A stretch of DNA of 61,857 bases from Folioceros fuciformis. Lineage: Eukaryota. A program made the translations under genes and the position numbers. Shown here piece after piece: positions 12,726-25,688 of the stretch. The DNA lies in assembly GCA_049999805.1 (NCBI GenBank), contig JBNGIO010005482.1, positions 1 through 61,857 of the forward strand. The letters are read 5' to 3'. The notes under the pieces were generated by a model that was given only the letters and a program-made list of their open reading frames with translations, made no database searches and was not told where the DNA came from. Position 1 is the first letter of the stretch. Each line of letters opens with the position of its first letter.

Positions 12726-13731
12726 TGCAGATTGTGGAGTTTTCAACAGTGTTGATCTGGTAAGACCCACCCATGGTATTCACGGCATGAACTGCCCTGA
12801 CTGCTTGGTACGCCTCCGCAAAGAATCACCCACAAGGGCCACAAGGGGTGAATCTGTGTGGACATCTGAACCAAGAAAGACCATGGTTGGCCTCACCACG
12901 GCACTTTTGCTTGCCTTCTGAAGTTCTCTCCGATGACGGAAGTGTATCGTAAAACCAGGCAGCCGCACTCACAAACTGGAAGACTGCTGCATACGAACAG
13001 ATTGTTGTGATAGGAAGAAAGGAAATCTAACACGAGCTAGACGCAAACTAGGAGGACCCCTGGAAGCATGCTACAGTGACGCAATGACATGGAACAGGGA
13101 TCGGGATATGTCAAAGTGACTTTGAAGAAACGACACTTTGCACCTGGACACAAATCTGGTGTCAGTTGCCAATGACGACCAACCTCCCCGTGTCCCCATC
13201 TCTCTCTGTGCTGGTCCCTTGCTACATGCCTGGGAGGCATACCAAACCACCAAGCACCCCTCTCACCATCTCTCTCTGTGCTGGTCCTACCTACATGTGT
13301 AGCACAGTCACGAGGCCTGAAAGTCGGTACGTGGAATGGCGCATCTGGCAGGCACCCGGATCCCAGCCGCTTCAAAACTGTCCAGAAGGGTGACCGGACC
13401 AGTAGACGGTGAATCCTCACCAATAAGCTGAACGAATTTGCACCGGAAGGCAAGGCAACAATGTCAGCAAATGATGGCTCGTATGTAGAGACGTCTATAT
13501 AAGGAAGGCCCTCTTACGACTTCTTCGGCGCGATACACGTATCATTAATCCGCGGCCCATCCAGCCTTGACGTCCGCTTGGGGTGCAGGTCTCTGGGTTC
13601 CGGGAGGAGATGCTTTCCGTCTTCAGATGCCGGGGTGCCCACATCTGCACTTCTATGTTCCTCCAGTCAAAACGCATGGGTGCAGTCGACACCCAGAACT
13701 GAGCAACGCTGAACACACGGGGGGCGAGCCC

Positions 13732-16063
13732 ATGGCGGATTTTGCGACCTCGCGGCATCGTCTGCGGCTTCGTATAACCACGCAGGACCTGGTTTGTGTC
13801 CCTGCGACCGCACCTATCAGCTTGGTGGTCCGCACAAGAGAGTTGGGCGGTCCTGATCAGTGAGATTTGGCTGACCTCGCAGGCGGAGAAGCACAAGCTT
13901 GCGAATGAAAGAGCTATTCTGACGCTCCACAAAGTAATTCTTGCAGCACCGTGTGTGTGGTCAGGCAGAATTCTGGTACAGCAATCTGCTGAGGTGAATT
14001 CCGTGTCTGAAACAGTCTCTCTTCCTCGCAGTATGGCGCCACTCGCATGGATGCGCAATCAGATGGCTCCTCTGCGTATGCTGGAACAGAATTGGTGGAG
14101 GGAGAAGCTGGTGAGTTGTTGGATAAGCTGGAGGACGAGGTGGGGTGTCTGCGGCTGTTGCGGTGTAGTGACGAGCGTGTGAGTTGTGCTCAGGTGCTAG
14201 CAATAGAGGGTGTCTTCCCGAACCTCTGACGGTGGAGGAGGAGCTTTTGATTCTTAGGTTTTACGAGCAAAAGATTCTTCAAGTCTGTGCGGCTTTTAAG
14301 TTCCCTACCAAGGTTCAGGTGAGGACAGTGAGGCCATGTTGGGTTCAAGTTTCTCGTTGATCCTGGAAGTTGGCTTGGTGAGCGGCAATGGCTCGTCCTC
14401 ACACGGTATTCCGCTTCATGAAGGCTGCTGCCATAATCTACTTCAAGCGATTCTATCTGCGATGGTCTGTCATGGAGCACGACCCAAAGCATATCATGTA
14501 GGCTCTCTGTTTTCTGCATGGTCTGTTCGGGAATACAGCCGTTCTCTATGCAGTGGTCATGGTGATTCTCACCGCGATGATGATGTGGAAAACTGCAGGC
14601 TTACCTGTATATACGTTGCCTGCAAAGCCGAAGAGTCTCATGTATCAGCAGAGGAGCTGGGTAAGGGCATCAAGCAAGATCCGCAGGTTGTGCTGAAGAA
14701 CGAAATGGTGGTTCTTCTGGTGAGTACCTCGTCTGCAGCTGTTCATTCAAATCGATGTAACCGTTTTCACTGCTTACTCAAACCTCCAAGTGTGGTGCGG
14801 TAGGGTCTAGACTTCGAGTTGATTGTCTATGGACCTTATCGCTCGTTGGAAGGATTTTGCTATGAACTCGAGGTAACTTGGCGTGGTGAACAAGTTTTCT
14901 GGTGAGGTCTGGAGTTTAGGTTGTTAGGTCTTGTAGAGCCTTATTGGGTTGCAAAATCTTTTGGCTGTGCATGGCAGAGCTTTCTGCGGCGCACAGAGCC
15001 AAGTCCTGGAAGTAAAGTTCAGGTTGGCTCAACAAGCTGAATTGCTTTGCTTCTGTTTTGTGCTTGCACATGGCATTATGCCTCATGTGTAGAGCTCATG
15101 CCCTTCACCAGGAATTAAGAGATGCTGCTGTACGCGTCGCCAACTCATTAATGATGACAGATGTGCCGCTGCTACACACACCTGGTCAGGTATAATGCAT
15201 TGGTGATCGTATCTGTGTTAATGATACGGTACCTGTGAAATTTTGTTGTCTGATCGGTGCAATGTTTATTTGTTTTCTGTAGATCGCTCTGTCTTCCTTA
15301 AGAAAGGCAAATCAGGATTTGGGAAACAAGGTGGACATCGATAGGTACCTCGTCTTGTAATGCTGCATCTTCTAGAATTCGCTTGTGTGTTGCTGTAGCC
15401 GTGTAGTACCGGCCTTCTCACAACGGCTGAACCAATTGTAGATTCTTCAAACACATATGTGATCGGCAGAGGAATCATTCTGTGGCGGAGCTGACACAAG
15501 CTCTTAATGCCGTAGATGATGTAGTAAGTATTCTAACTCCATCTGAAACTAAAGGCATAATCAGTGGGCAATGGGCAGTTTTTCCCTTGCTGGTATCACA
15601 TGCCGATCCTGGGGGTACTTCGTTGCTGAGAACAGGCGAGAAGCACGAGGCAACCCATTGAAGAGGATGTGAAGCGCATTGATAGGAAGCTGAAGTACTG
15701 TCGGAACCCAGAACTCCAAGACGGGTGAGTTCAAGTTCTATGGCTCCCGTCCTGTTCCTGTTCCTGTGGGAGTGGTCCCTATGCTTCAATCAGACTAGAA
15801 CATGTTTGTGGCTGTGCAGGAACAAGAAAAGGGACCGGAAGGCAAAGCAGAAGCCGAAAAGGCCTGTCCAGGACACTGAAACAGTCTCTCAAGCGGACGC
15901 AGTCCCAGGGTATGTTAGTCATTGTTCAAGAAGCCCCATGCAGCTGCTGTTTTGTGTTCCCTGCCAAAATGTTAAACTCATCCCACTTATGCTCTTACCT
16001 TTTCGCCTCCTTGGCAGCGACAATCGGAAGAAACAGCGGACTGGGAACGCCGTGCTCCAATAA
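13732..16063 (+). CDS. CYCH1: Cyclin H (CAK regulatory subunit), multi-exon
   Basis: Exons give [103 protein letters not shown] and [13 protein letters not shown]; last exon ends TAA at 16063. The 3' exon structure is less certain. Confidence 0.92.
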
Positions 16064-17122
16064 TCCCACAGAGCCCACCTGATTCACCCAGGACAGTAGG
16101 ACTCATGTTTTAGGTGAGTGCCTACTACCATGGCTTGAGCCCTAGTATGGCTTTCTGTGTCTACACCAATGGTTTGTTTCTCCTGTCCTGCTGCAGCTCC
16201 TCTCTCTATTCCTTCACAGCGTGTGCAAGAACCACACAATGCGAACATCCTCAACCTCAGTTCCTTAGAAGCAGAGGACCCTACTGCACCTGCTAGGAAT
16301 TCTTAGGACTATCAACCAGGCCCACGAAGGCTGGAGCCAGAGCCTGACAAAAGCTGTAGTTGTTACTCCTCATACGTCCTCTTCAGAACTCAATTTTGCA
16401 CCACGACGTGAGTGCTGTGAAAATCTGCTCTTCGTGGTGCTGACTCCGCGCTTGCCACTTCCATCATCACTTCCAGTTGGATTGAGATTCCCACATCTGA
16501 TCGCAGATAAAATGTGAATATTCAGAGCGGACGACGTGGACGCAGTCTCGTCCTTGCGCAGGGATATGTTCGGCTATCGTCTCTCTTTCAATAAAGGTGT
16601 ACGAGCTAACGGAACGGAAGGAACGGGGCCCGTTACGTGGCTGTGGCCTCTGGGCCCTGCATAAAACCTCCGGCACCGGAGTAGCAAGGACCTTCGCGGG
16701 AGAACAGGGAGGCCAATCCACAAAATCTCCTCCCTCTCCCGCGGGTGCTGGCGCTGTCTCCCTGTAGGCACGGCGTCCTCTCCGCCCTGCTGTTGCATCC
16801 CCTCTCCAGCTAATGAAATCTCCGACGTTGAGGAAGGTCAGGCTCTCGCAGTCTTGCGGTTGCAGGAGATGGTGTAGTTGCATTCGGCAGCGTCGAAATC
16901 CGACTCTCGTTGACGTCTGGAGCTCTGGAATGTGCATTGCTCGAGGCTGAGGTCGAGGCTGGAATCATGCCATATGTTGCAGTGCACGGTGTGGAGGCGG
17001 GGAGAGGGTGGGGCGTGGTGTAGGAGAAAAGTGCTGAGAAAGGAGCATTTGTAGTGTTGTTTCAAGTTCGCTGCGGCGGTGGAAGACTGTGCTGAGCGGT
17101 TTTGACGGCGTTGGAGTGGAGG

Positions 17123-19481
17123 ATGGCACAGGCGGCTATCAAGCCTGCTACCGTTGGGAGCTTTTTTCATCTTTCTGACAGCGGGCGTGGAAGATGGCCT
17201 GTAGGTGTAGCGGCGGGGCCCCAGAAGCGGGCATCCTGGAGGTGAGTGTGCTTGGTTTGGTTCGTGCATTTTTTCTGTTGGATAGGAGGATGTGCGATTC
17301 TGATACCTTTACATGTGCCGGCACGGCAGGTTTGTTTGTTGTGGACAGGATGTGAGAATGGGATTTCCGTCCAGGAGTGCGGGCGGGAGGCCGGTTGTGA
17401 AGGTGGATGCGGTTGCAACCGAAAATTGGATAGCTAGCGATGAGGCAGTGACAGCAGCTGCTGCTGAGCAGGCAATGGCTCTTGCTAGGGCTGCTGTGAA
17501 GGCAGCCAGGGATGTGGAAGCGCTGACCGCCAGGACGATGGCAGATTTTTCACTGGACTGCCTAGATGTGCAAGAGGAGGAGGAAGGCCTTGTTGATGCT
17601 TTTTATGACTCCAAGGACATTTTGAGGTTGAGGTTGGAGAGAGCGAGGCTGAGTGAAATGGAGAAGGCTGGCGCTGTGCAGGCGTTGCCGGGCGACGTGG
17701 ACCGGAGACTGGCAGATGTGGACAAGTTCGATCTGGAGTGGACGGAGAGTGATCTTATGGCGCTGTCGAATATGTCGTTGTTGTGCGACCAGAGTATCCC
17801 CGAGGCTGCAGAATATGCGGGCCCAGGGATTCAGCAGCCCGATGCTGAGCTTGACATCGGCAAGAGGCTCGAGGACTGCGAAGCAAACTCACCTGAAAAC
17901 GCTGTGGCCACTGTCTCGAGGCTTAGCACCAGGGAAGATGTGGCAGTGAAGTCAAATCGTCGGAAAGAGAGAGTGATGAAGAGAGAAAGGGCACTTGCCA
18001 AGGCAGAGAAGGCTGCCGCAGCCGTTGCGACTGCGGCTTCGTCAAGGACGAAGAAGTCATCGATCACCACAGATTCAGCAGGAGATCCTGTCCGAACCTA
18101 TCTTCGGGAGATTGGAAGGTCTCGCCTTCTCAGTGCTGCTGAAGAGGTGGAATTGTCTCAGGGCATCCAGGTAGATCCCTCAACTTGATGAGCATGACTG
18201 TATGAAGTGTTGTCTAGTGAGGATTCATGTGCGGTCAAACCGTTTTCGGAAGGCCTGTGCATTTGAGTTGTACTAATCCTAGGGGTTTTACAAAGTGCAG
18301 GACCTGATGAAATTGGAAGGAGTGAAGCGACGGCTGCATGAACAAATGGGCCGAGAGCCCACGGTCGCAGAATGGGGGAGGGCAGTTGGAATGTCGATAA
18401 GGCCCTTCGAGAACAGGCTCAATCGTGGTCAGGCTTGCAAGGATAAAATGGTGACCTCAAATTTACGGCTGGTGGTTTCGATTGCAAAGAAATATCAAGG
18501 TCGTGGCATGGCTTTCCAAGATCTAGTTCAGGTAATTGATGCACTGAATTTTGGTCTTGCCCCTGTGGAAACATGGCAAGCATTTTTTGCCATTTCCTGG
18601 CATTGACGGCGTTCTATGTTTGTAGGTAGGAAGCATCGGCTTAATTCGAGGTGCAGAGAAGTTTGATAGTACAAAGGGTTTCAAGTTTTCAACTTATGCT
18701 CATTGGTGGATAAGACAAGCAGTCACAAGAGCTATCGCAGATCAGTCTCGTATGATCCGTCTTCCGGTATTCTCTCCGCAGCCCTATCTTTTGCCTAGAG
18801 GAAGTTGGAACCGGTTACGAATGCAAGTCCTTGTTTTGACTCTCGCATCGCTGAAGTGGCGCTTCGTGTGACCTGCTTTTCCATTAGGTGCATCTGTTTG
18901 AGGTTATCTCTCGTATCAACAAGGCAAGAAAAATTGTTGCCCAAGAACATGGAAGGCCAGCTACCGATTCGGAGGTTGCAGAGCTAGTCGGTATGAGCGT
19001 GGAAAAGCTGAAACTAATCCTCAGATCTACCAAGGGCACTCAGTCAATGGAACGACCAATCGGCAGAGAAGGGGACAGTACCGTAGGGGTGAGATTTCCA
19101 TGTCATAGTGCATAGCGTGTACTGATTCACGCTGTGTACTATCTCTGATCTCCCTTTTACGTGCCTCCCCCCCTGTAGGAACTTGTCGCCGACGTGGAAA
19201 CAGAAACTCCTGAAGACGTCATATCTAAACGGCTCTTCAAACATGATCTGGATGTTGTCATGCGCACCCTAAGTGTTCGGGAAAGGGAGGTGCTGCGGCT
19301 GCGGTATGGGCTGGATGACGGGAGAATGAGAACGCTGGAGGAAATTGGCCATGTGTTTAAAGTCACTAGGGAGCGGATCCGGCAGATCGAAACAAAAGCC
19401 ATGCGGAAACTTAGACAGCCTGATCGCCATAAGGTCTTGCTTAACTATTTGGAATTTGCAAGCTCTAATGGGAGGAAGTAG
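17123..19481 (+). CDS. Nuclear-encoded plastid RNA polymerase sigma-70 factor, multi-exon
   Basis: Exon 1 (17123-17241) splices in phase to 17330. Region 1.2 [24 protein letters not shown]; region 2 [54 protein letters not shown]; region 4 [36 protein letters not shown] subtype not assigned. Confidence 0.95.
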
Positions 19482-20438
19482 ATTTTGCTAATGTAGGCGT
19501 CGTGTAATTAATTGGATAGGCGACCGCTAATGGACGCGTGTCGTAGTATTCAAGTATCAGACCAGGCCAACCAGTATCCTAAGTAAACATTGGTTGACTG
19601 TGTACCAGGACCAGCGGGCCTTCGCCGGCACCGTCACGGCTGTTGTCGCAAGTTGTACAGCATCTGTCTAGTGTGTGTACTTAGACAGCAACTACTGGAT
19701 GAAAGTGACGCACGCGCGCTCAGATTTCCCCAGGCATCAGACATAGCACGTACCTACCTACAAGGAACTTGCATATATTTTATCTTATTTTAATTAAACT
19801 AATGAAACGACATAGCTCATCAAATAAACTGTACATTACTTACTATATATGTAGTTCCGACTATATATGAAGTTCCGAGGTAAGAAACCCCCCTGCCTTC
19901 TTCTTATGTCTGGTTTGCTCTCCTTCCCATTCCTTATAGATGTGGGTGGACTGAAGAAGTTTCCCTTTCTTTTGAATGGCTTTCCTCAAGGGTTTTTCTT
20001 TCTCCAAATGGCCTTAGTGAGGAGAGTATAAAGTAAGTCCCAGCAGAGTGAGGCTGTGTGTGAGTAGGGAGACGAGCGGGAGAGTCGTCGGGTTTGGGGT
20101 TAAGACAGGAACGGAAAAGGCGAAGGGAAGAAGGTTGTGTTATGTTAGGACAGGACAGGAAGGAGAGTTTGTTTTTCTTTTAATTTTTTTGAAGCGAGCC
20201 ATGCGTTCTACAAGCAGCGTGGGGCTGGGGCCTTGGGTTCCAAACGTGTGCGACAGATGAAGCGCGAGTGCGTCTGGTGCACGCTCTACAGTACGCAGGC
20301 GCAGGAGGCATTCGCTCCTGCTGCAGCAGAGGCATCGGCATCGGCAGCGTCTGGGTCATCGGCGGGAGGCAGGAGTTGGATCGAGCGGAGGACGAGGCGG
20401 GGGCGGGACCGGGGCCAGTTGGACTGGGTCTTGCACAC

Positions 20439-23400
20439 ATGGTCGCAAAGCGCAAGATGGAGCTCGGAGCTCCTGCAGTAGTTGTGTATAGTCGGAAGCG
20501 GCCCAGAATGAGTGTGGAGTTGCCCGCAAGCTCTGAGGTGCCAATCTGCGACGTCTCGGACGGCCTGGTGTCGTCCACGGACCACAATGAGCCCAGCATA
20601 TCGTCCCCGGATCCCGCCAGGGTATCGTGCAAGAAGAGCAGGCGAGTGTTCGGGCTCAAGAGCCAAGACGGCAGTGCCGCCGAGGTGCGCACTCCCAAGA
20701 AGACAATTCCCAAGCGGAATGGGGATGTGCTGCTGGGCCAGTCGCCTGCCCCCGTGCGGCGCCGGGGAAAGAAAGGCGACAAAATTGAGACCGTAAAGGA
20801 GCTCAGGCTGTCGCCGCGCAGCAGGAAGCTCACGGATGCCATGGTGGAGTACCGCTTGCAGATTGCGCATCGACCTCCCTGGACAGAGTGAGTGATGTAG
20901 CAGTTACTTGGGATAGTTCCCGCCCTTGCTTCATGCCGCTCAGCTCTCTAACCCTCGTCGTGGTGTGTCTGTAGGGTTGATTTGGGGGCTGCCCGGCCCA
21001 AGGATTGTATCGGGAGGAGTTGTAAGGTGTGGTTTCGTTCGACGTTGTCTGACATTTTTTTTTTTTTTTGGTATTTTTGATTTTGGTCCTGCATTCTTTC
21101 CCTTGACCTAGCTCTTGCTGGTTCGTAGGTTTATTGGCCCATGGATAAGGTGTGGTATCCGGGTGTGATTCATGAGTATCAGGCGGTGACAAAGAAATAC
21201 AGGGTATGCATTTCTCTGCTTCCATTTTGTTTGTCAGTAGTCTGGGCTTCCTGTGGTTGATGGTTGTCGTCCGTGGAATGTCCTCAGATTGACTACGAGG
21301 ACGAGGAGAAGGAGTGGCTTGCTCTCGGGAAGGAGCGTATTAAGCTACGCCTTTCACCTCATGAGGGGAATTTGATGGGATGCCCTCTGAAGGAGATGCT
21401 TGGCCCGGACCACTACGTCAATACAGATGCTGAGCTTGCTGGCCTGACTCCTGGAAACTACGAACCGTTGACAGCCTTGGCCACGGAGCTCGATGATTTT
21501 CAACAGAGGGAGTATCAGTCTGGGGATGTTCTGTGGGCTAAAGTTAAGGGTTATCCTTATTGGCCTGCGTATCTTATGGATGAGGAGAACGCTGCCCAGT
21601 GTGGGCTGGAGCCAGCTGCCAAGGACGGCATGCTTCCCCTCCAGTTCTTTGGGAGCTATGACTATGCAAGGTGTGTGCAGGGCTATGATTGTGTGCAGCG
21701 TTCAGAAAATGTTCACATGATTCGTGTTTAGTAACACTGGAATTTCGGATTCACACGCAGGGTGCATGTTAGTAAGGTCCAACCGTTTCTTAGAGGACTG
21801 CTCGCCCGTCACCATTCCAAGTGCCTAAGACATGCCTTTCAGCTCGGCCTATTTGATGTATTCAGGTACAACACCGAATTCGAGTTTCCAGTGACAACCA
21901 CATGGAACTCTAGAGTTCCTGTTAGGGCTATTTTTATCGTGTGCTGACTAGTTTTCATCACTTGGGCTTTCTGCTATGTATAGGTACTTGAAGTCTGGGG
22001 GAAGCCTGCTTCCTGACAAGATGGAACAGTTGCAGATTGAAATGCTTAGGGCTCCCGCTCCGGAGGAGCTTGAAGGAGCTGAAGTGTTTATAACAGAAGA
22101 CAGGAAGCAGACAGCAAAGAAACCAGCGGGCAGCGTTATAGAATGCCCTTGCCAGTTCAATGACTTAACGGTCCTGAGTTTTGGTATGCTGCTCCTGGAG
22201 TGAGCTTTAGTAGTGTCAATGTCCTGATCTATGCAAGTTACGCGTTCTGCTTCCTTTCTCTCGTCCGAAAGGTTGCTAGTCTGAAATTTGGAGGTGTGGC
22301 AGGCGAAATTGTCAGAGACTCCGAGCACTTCCACAATGAGCAATACATTTGGCCTGAAGGATATAAGGCTGTTCGAAACTTTGTATCAATGAAAGGTGTG
22401 CACTCTGCTTTCCCTTCTTCTAGGTGTGTCTTATTCCCCCGTCTTCAATTTCTGACTACTTATTGCCTTGCAGATCCACAAACGATGGTCAGTTACGTGA
22501 TGGAAGTGCAAAGGAATCCAGTGTCACCACTGACACCGCTTTTCAAGCTCACCACAGATGATGGAAGCTGGGTGAGTATTCCAGTTGCTGGGTGGACCAT
22601 GTGGGCTGTCTTTCTGAGAGCTATGTGTTCGGTCTATGGTGTAGAGCCAGGTTCCTGGAGCCGTGTCAGTTGGTGATCTATCTCACGTAACTAAGCATAC
22701 ATGTGCAGGTTGAAGAAGCTACTGCTTCTAAATGCTGGGATACCGTATTCAAGAAGATCAGGAAACCTAGGGGTAAAAATGGCTGCAATGGAAGCCCGGT
22801 TGAAGAAAAACGTCGAAAAGGACCAGCTTTATTTGGATTCTCAAACCCTCGGATCTCAAAGATTATTCAGGTGCATGAGAGGAAGGATATGATCTTTTAG
22901 CAAATGCATTTCTTTTTCTTGTCTAACCAGCTGGTGTGTGCATTATAGGCTTTGCCATTTGCACGGGTTTGCAACAAGTTCACCGGGTGGATTGAAAAAT
23001 CCACGGAGGATGAAGAGGAACTTCTGCCAGCAGGTTATAAGCCTGTGGAAGTAGAATGGAAGCATCGAGACAGATGTAGTGTGTGCTACTTGGATGAGGT
23101 ACAGATCGGATATGCAGTAGGATTGGTAGTCTCTGACCAGAGGAACCCTTGTTCTGACTTCGTTTCTGTTGGCTCTTTTCATAGGAGTACGATGGTAATC
23201 TTCTTCTGCAATGTGACAGATGCAGGATGCTCGTAAGTTATTGGGTGGTATTGCTGTCGTTTCTGACTGCACAGGGCTTGTGATGCGTAGTTGATCTTCC
23301 ACTCTCTCTCTCTCTCTTGAATTAGCGATATGTCTCTCCTCTCAGGTACACATGAGGTGCTACGGAGAATTACATGTGCCAGATGGTGATTTGTGGCTTT

Positions 23401-25688
23401 GCAACCTCTGTGGAGTGGATGCGCCCAAGGCGATACCTCCCTGCTGCATTTGCCCTGTCAGAGGTGACCCTACATGGCCCAAATTGATTACAATTAGATA
23501 ATTTGTGGATCCTGGCTTCCTTTGCCTGTAAGGAGCTCCTGAACACTGACGAGTTTTCGTTTTCCAGGTGGGGCCATGAAGAAAACAGGTGATGGCCGCT
23601 GGGCACATATTATGTGTGTACTGTGGGTGCCTGGTGAGTGTTTGGAGTGAAGTATTCTGTGTTTATTTAGCTTGCTGGCGCTGTAATCCTGTCCAGCTCA
23701 CCTTGAGTCCCTTGTCACGTTTTGCACAGAAACATCCTTCAAGGATATCTGTAAAATGGAAGAAATTGATGGATTCAGCAAAGTTGACAAGGTTATCATC
23801 TATGTTGTTCCTAGGGCTGAGTTTCATGATTGTTCAGTGGTCTGTAAAGTGAACTGACCTTGTCTGTTTTTGGTATCAGGAGCGTTGGAAGCTCAGCTGC
23901 GGCCTTTGTAAAGTTCCCTATGGGGCTTGCATTCAGGTACACATCGTGACTGCCTTTCCCAGCGATTCTGCGTAGGTTTTAACTAGTTGATTGTCAGCTA
24001 CCCTACTAGGATCTTAAAGCGATTTTATGTGCCTTTCTCAGTGCTCACATTCACACTGTCGAACACCTTTTCATCCTTTGTGTGCACGAGCTGCTGGGTT
24101 CCGCATGGAGGTAAGCCTGTGTCATTGTTTGATTCCTGCATTTCCGATCCCATCCTTTCTGCTAGCTGACTCCCAGGGTGTCAGGGTCTGTGTCCTGGAG
24201 ACCCTTGGTCTCTGAAAGCATTCTGCAAGAAGCATAGACTGCCCGGAACTGATCGGTCCGCGGAGCAAGTCAAATCGCAACAACTGAAGCATCACGCGCT
24301 ATGTGAACAGCAGTTGCCTCAGAATCAGTCGGGGTGTGCTCGGACAGGTATTTATGGAATGTTTGTCTGCAAAGCGAGACGGGGAAGTGTAGGACAGCTA
24401 ACATTGGCGTTCTTTGTTTTCCAGAGCCATACAATCATGCAGCGAGGCGAGGCAGAAGAGAGCCAGAAGCCCTTGCAGCTGCACTTGCAAAGCGAAAGTT
24501 TGTGGAGAATCTTCCTTATGTTATCTCCGGCTGTCGGCAAAACCCTCCGAGTGCGGAGCAAGGAAGACAGAGGACAAGCCTATGGTCTTGGAATTGGAAG
24601 CGTCAGAAAACTGCCAAGCAAGTGGGTGGACAAGAGGTTGTCGTACTTGGACCTTCATGTGACGGTGATGCAGTCCTTTCAATGTCAGAGAGGTATAGGC
24701 GGATGCGTTCGACCGTGGGAGAACGGCTTACTTTTGGTACGGCTGTATGACTACACCTGAATTGCTGTTCGTAATGCGTTTGTATTCTGCACTCAGATTT
24801 TGTTACTAATTTTGTATGAAATATGCAGGCAAGTCGGCGATTCATGGCATGGGAGTGTTCACGAAGAAAGCACACGGTGCCAACGAGATGGTGGGATATT
24901 TGTTTGCAGAGGATTGATGTGGTTGTTTCAATCGGACGCAACTAACGCTGCTACTCCAACTTGCTGGATTTGCAGATAATTGAGTACGCGGGGGAGGTAG
25001 TTAGACAAATTATTGCTGATATCAGGGAACGCCGGTGTTATGACTCTCTTGTGGTAAGTCCCTTCCCGTCTGTGTGCAAGAGTTTTTCTGCGAATCTTCA
25101 AGAGCGATGTACGAGGTGAATAATGTGTTCTTTTGATTTCAGGGTGCGGGCACCTATATGTTTGGCATTGATAGCGAGCGTCATGTGGATGCAACTCGTG
25201 CTGGAAGCTTAGCCCATCTGATCAATCATTCTTGTGAGGTACTGCGCGGGTGGCTCCTAAGTTGATTGTGTCATCTGTGTGCGCTTGGATAAGTCCACCA
25301 AAGTTGCTGACTCAGTCTGGTCACGGAATCGTTTCACAGCCGAACTGTTACTCAAGAGTCATCTTTGCGAGTGGGGACGAGCACATAGTGATCCTGTCGA
25401 AGGAAGAGTTGCCCGCAGGAGTCGAGCTCACGTATGACTACAGGTATTGATGTGCGTGATTTGAGTTTGCGATATCACGTGTCCATTTATTGATGCGAAG
25501 TCGTGTAACATGGTCGGGTCGGCTATCCCTTTGGCAGATTCAACTCAAAGGACGAGTTATTGCCCTGCTACTGCGGAAAAGCCGGTTGTCGGGGCTCCGT
25601 GAATATCACCGAGAACTCGGACGACGAGTGTACTATTGTCGTTCCAAGGTCTAAACTTGTAAAGTGGATTCCAGACAGTGTACCATAA
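20439..25688 (+). CDS. ATX1/ATX2: Trithorax-like histone H3K4 methyltransferase (Tudor-like, PWWP, FYRN/FYRC, PHD, ePHD, SET, post-SET), many exons
   Basis: [12 protein letters not shown]...[49 protein letters not shown]...WLCNLC...[62 protein letters not shown]; stop at 25686-25688. The start codon is a best guess. Confidence 0.93.

Noticed and set aside
13196-13300. 22-bp direct repeat CCATCTCTCTCTGTGCTGGTCC, and a similar small duplication at 35187-35260
   Set aside because: Ordinary local microduplications with no associated structure.
17313-19481. Bacterial sigma-70 similarity as a sign of contamination or recent horizontal transfer
   Set aside because: The gene has spliceosomal introns and an N-terminal extension; plant plastid sigma factors are well known.
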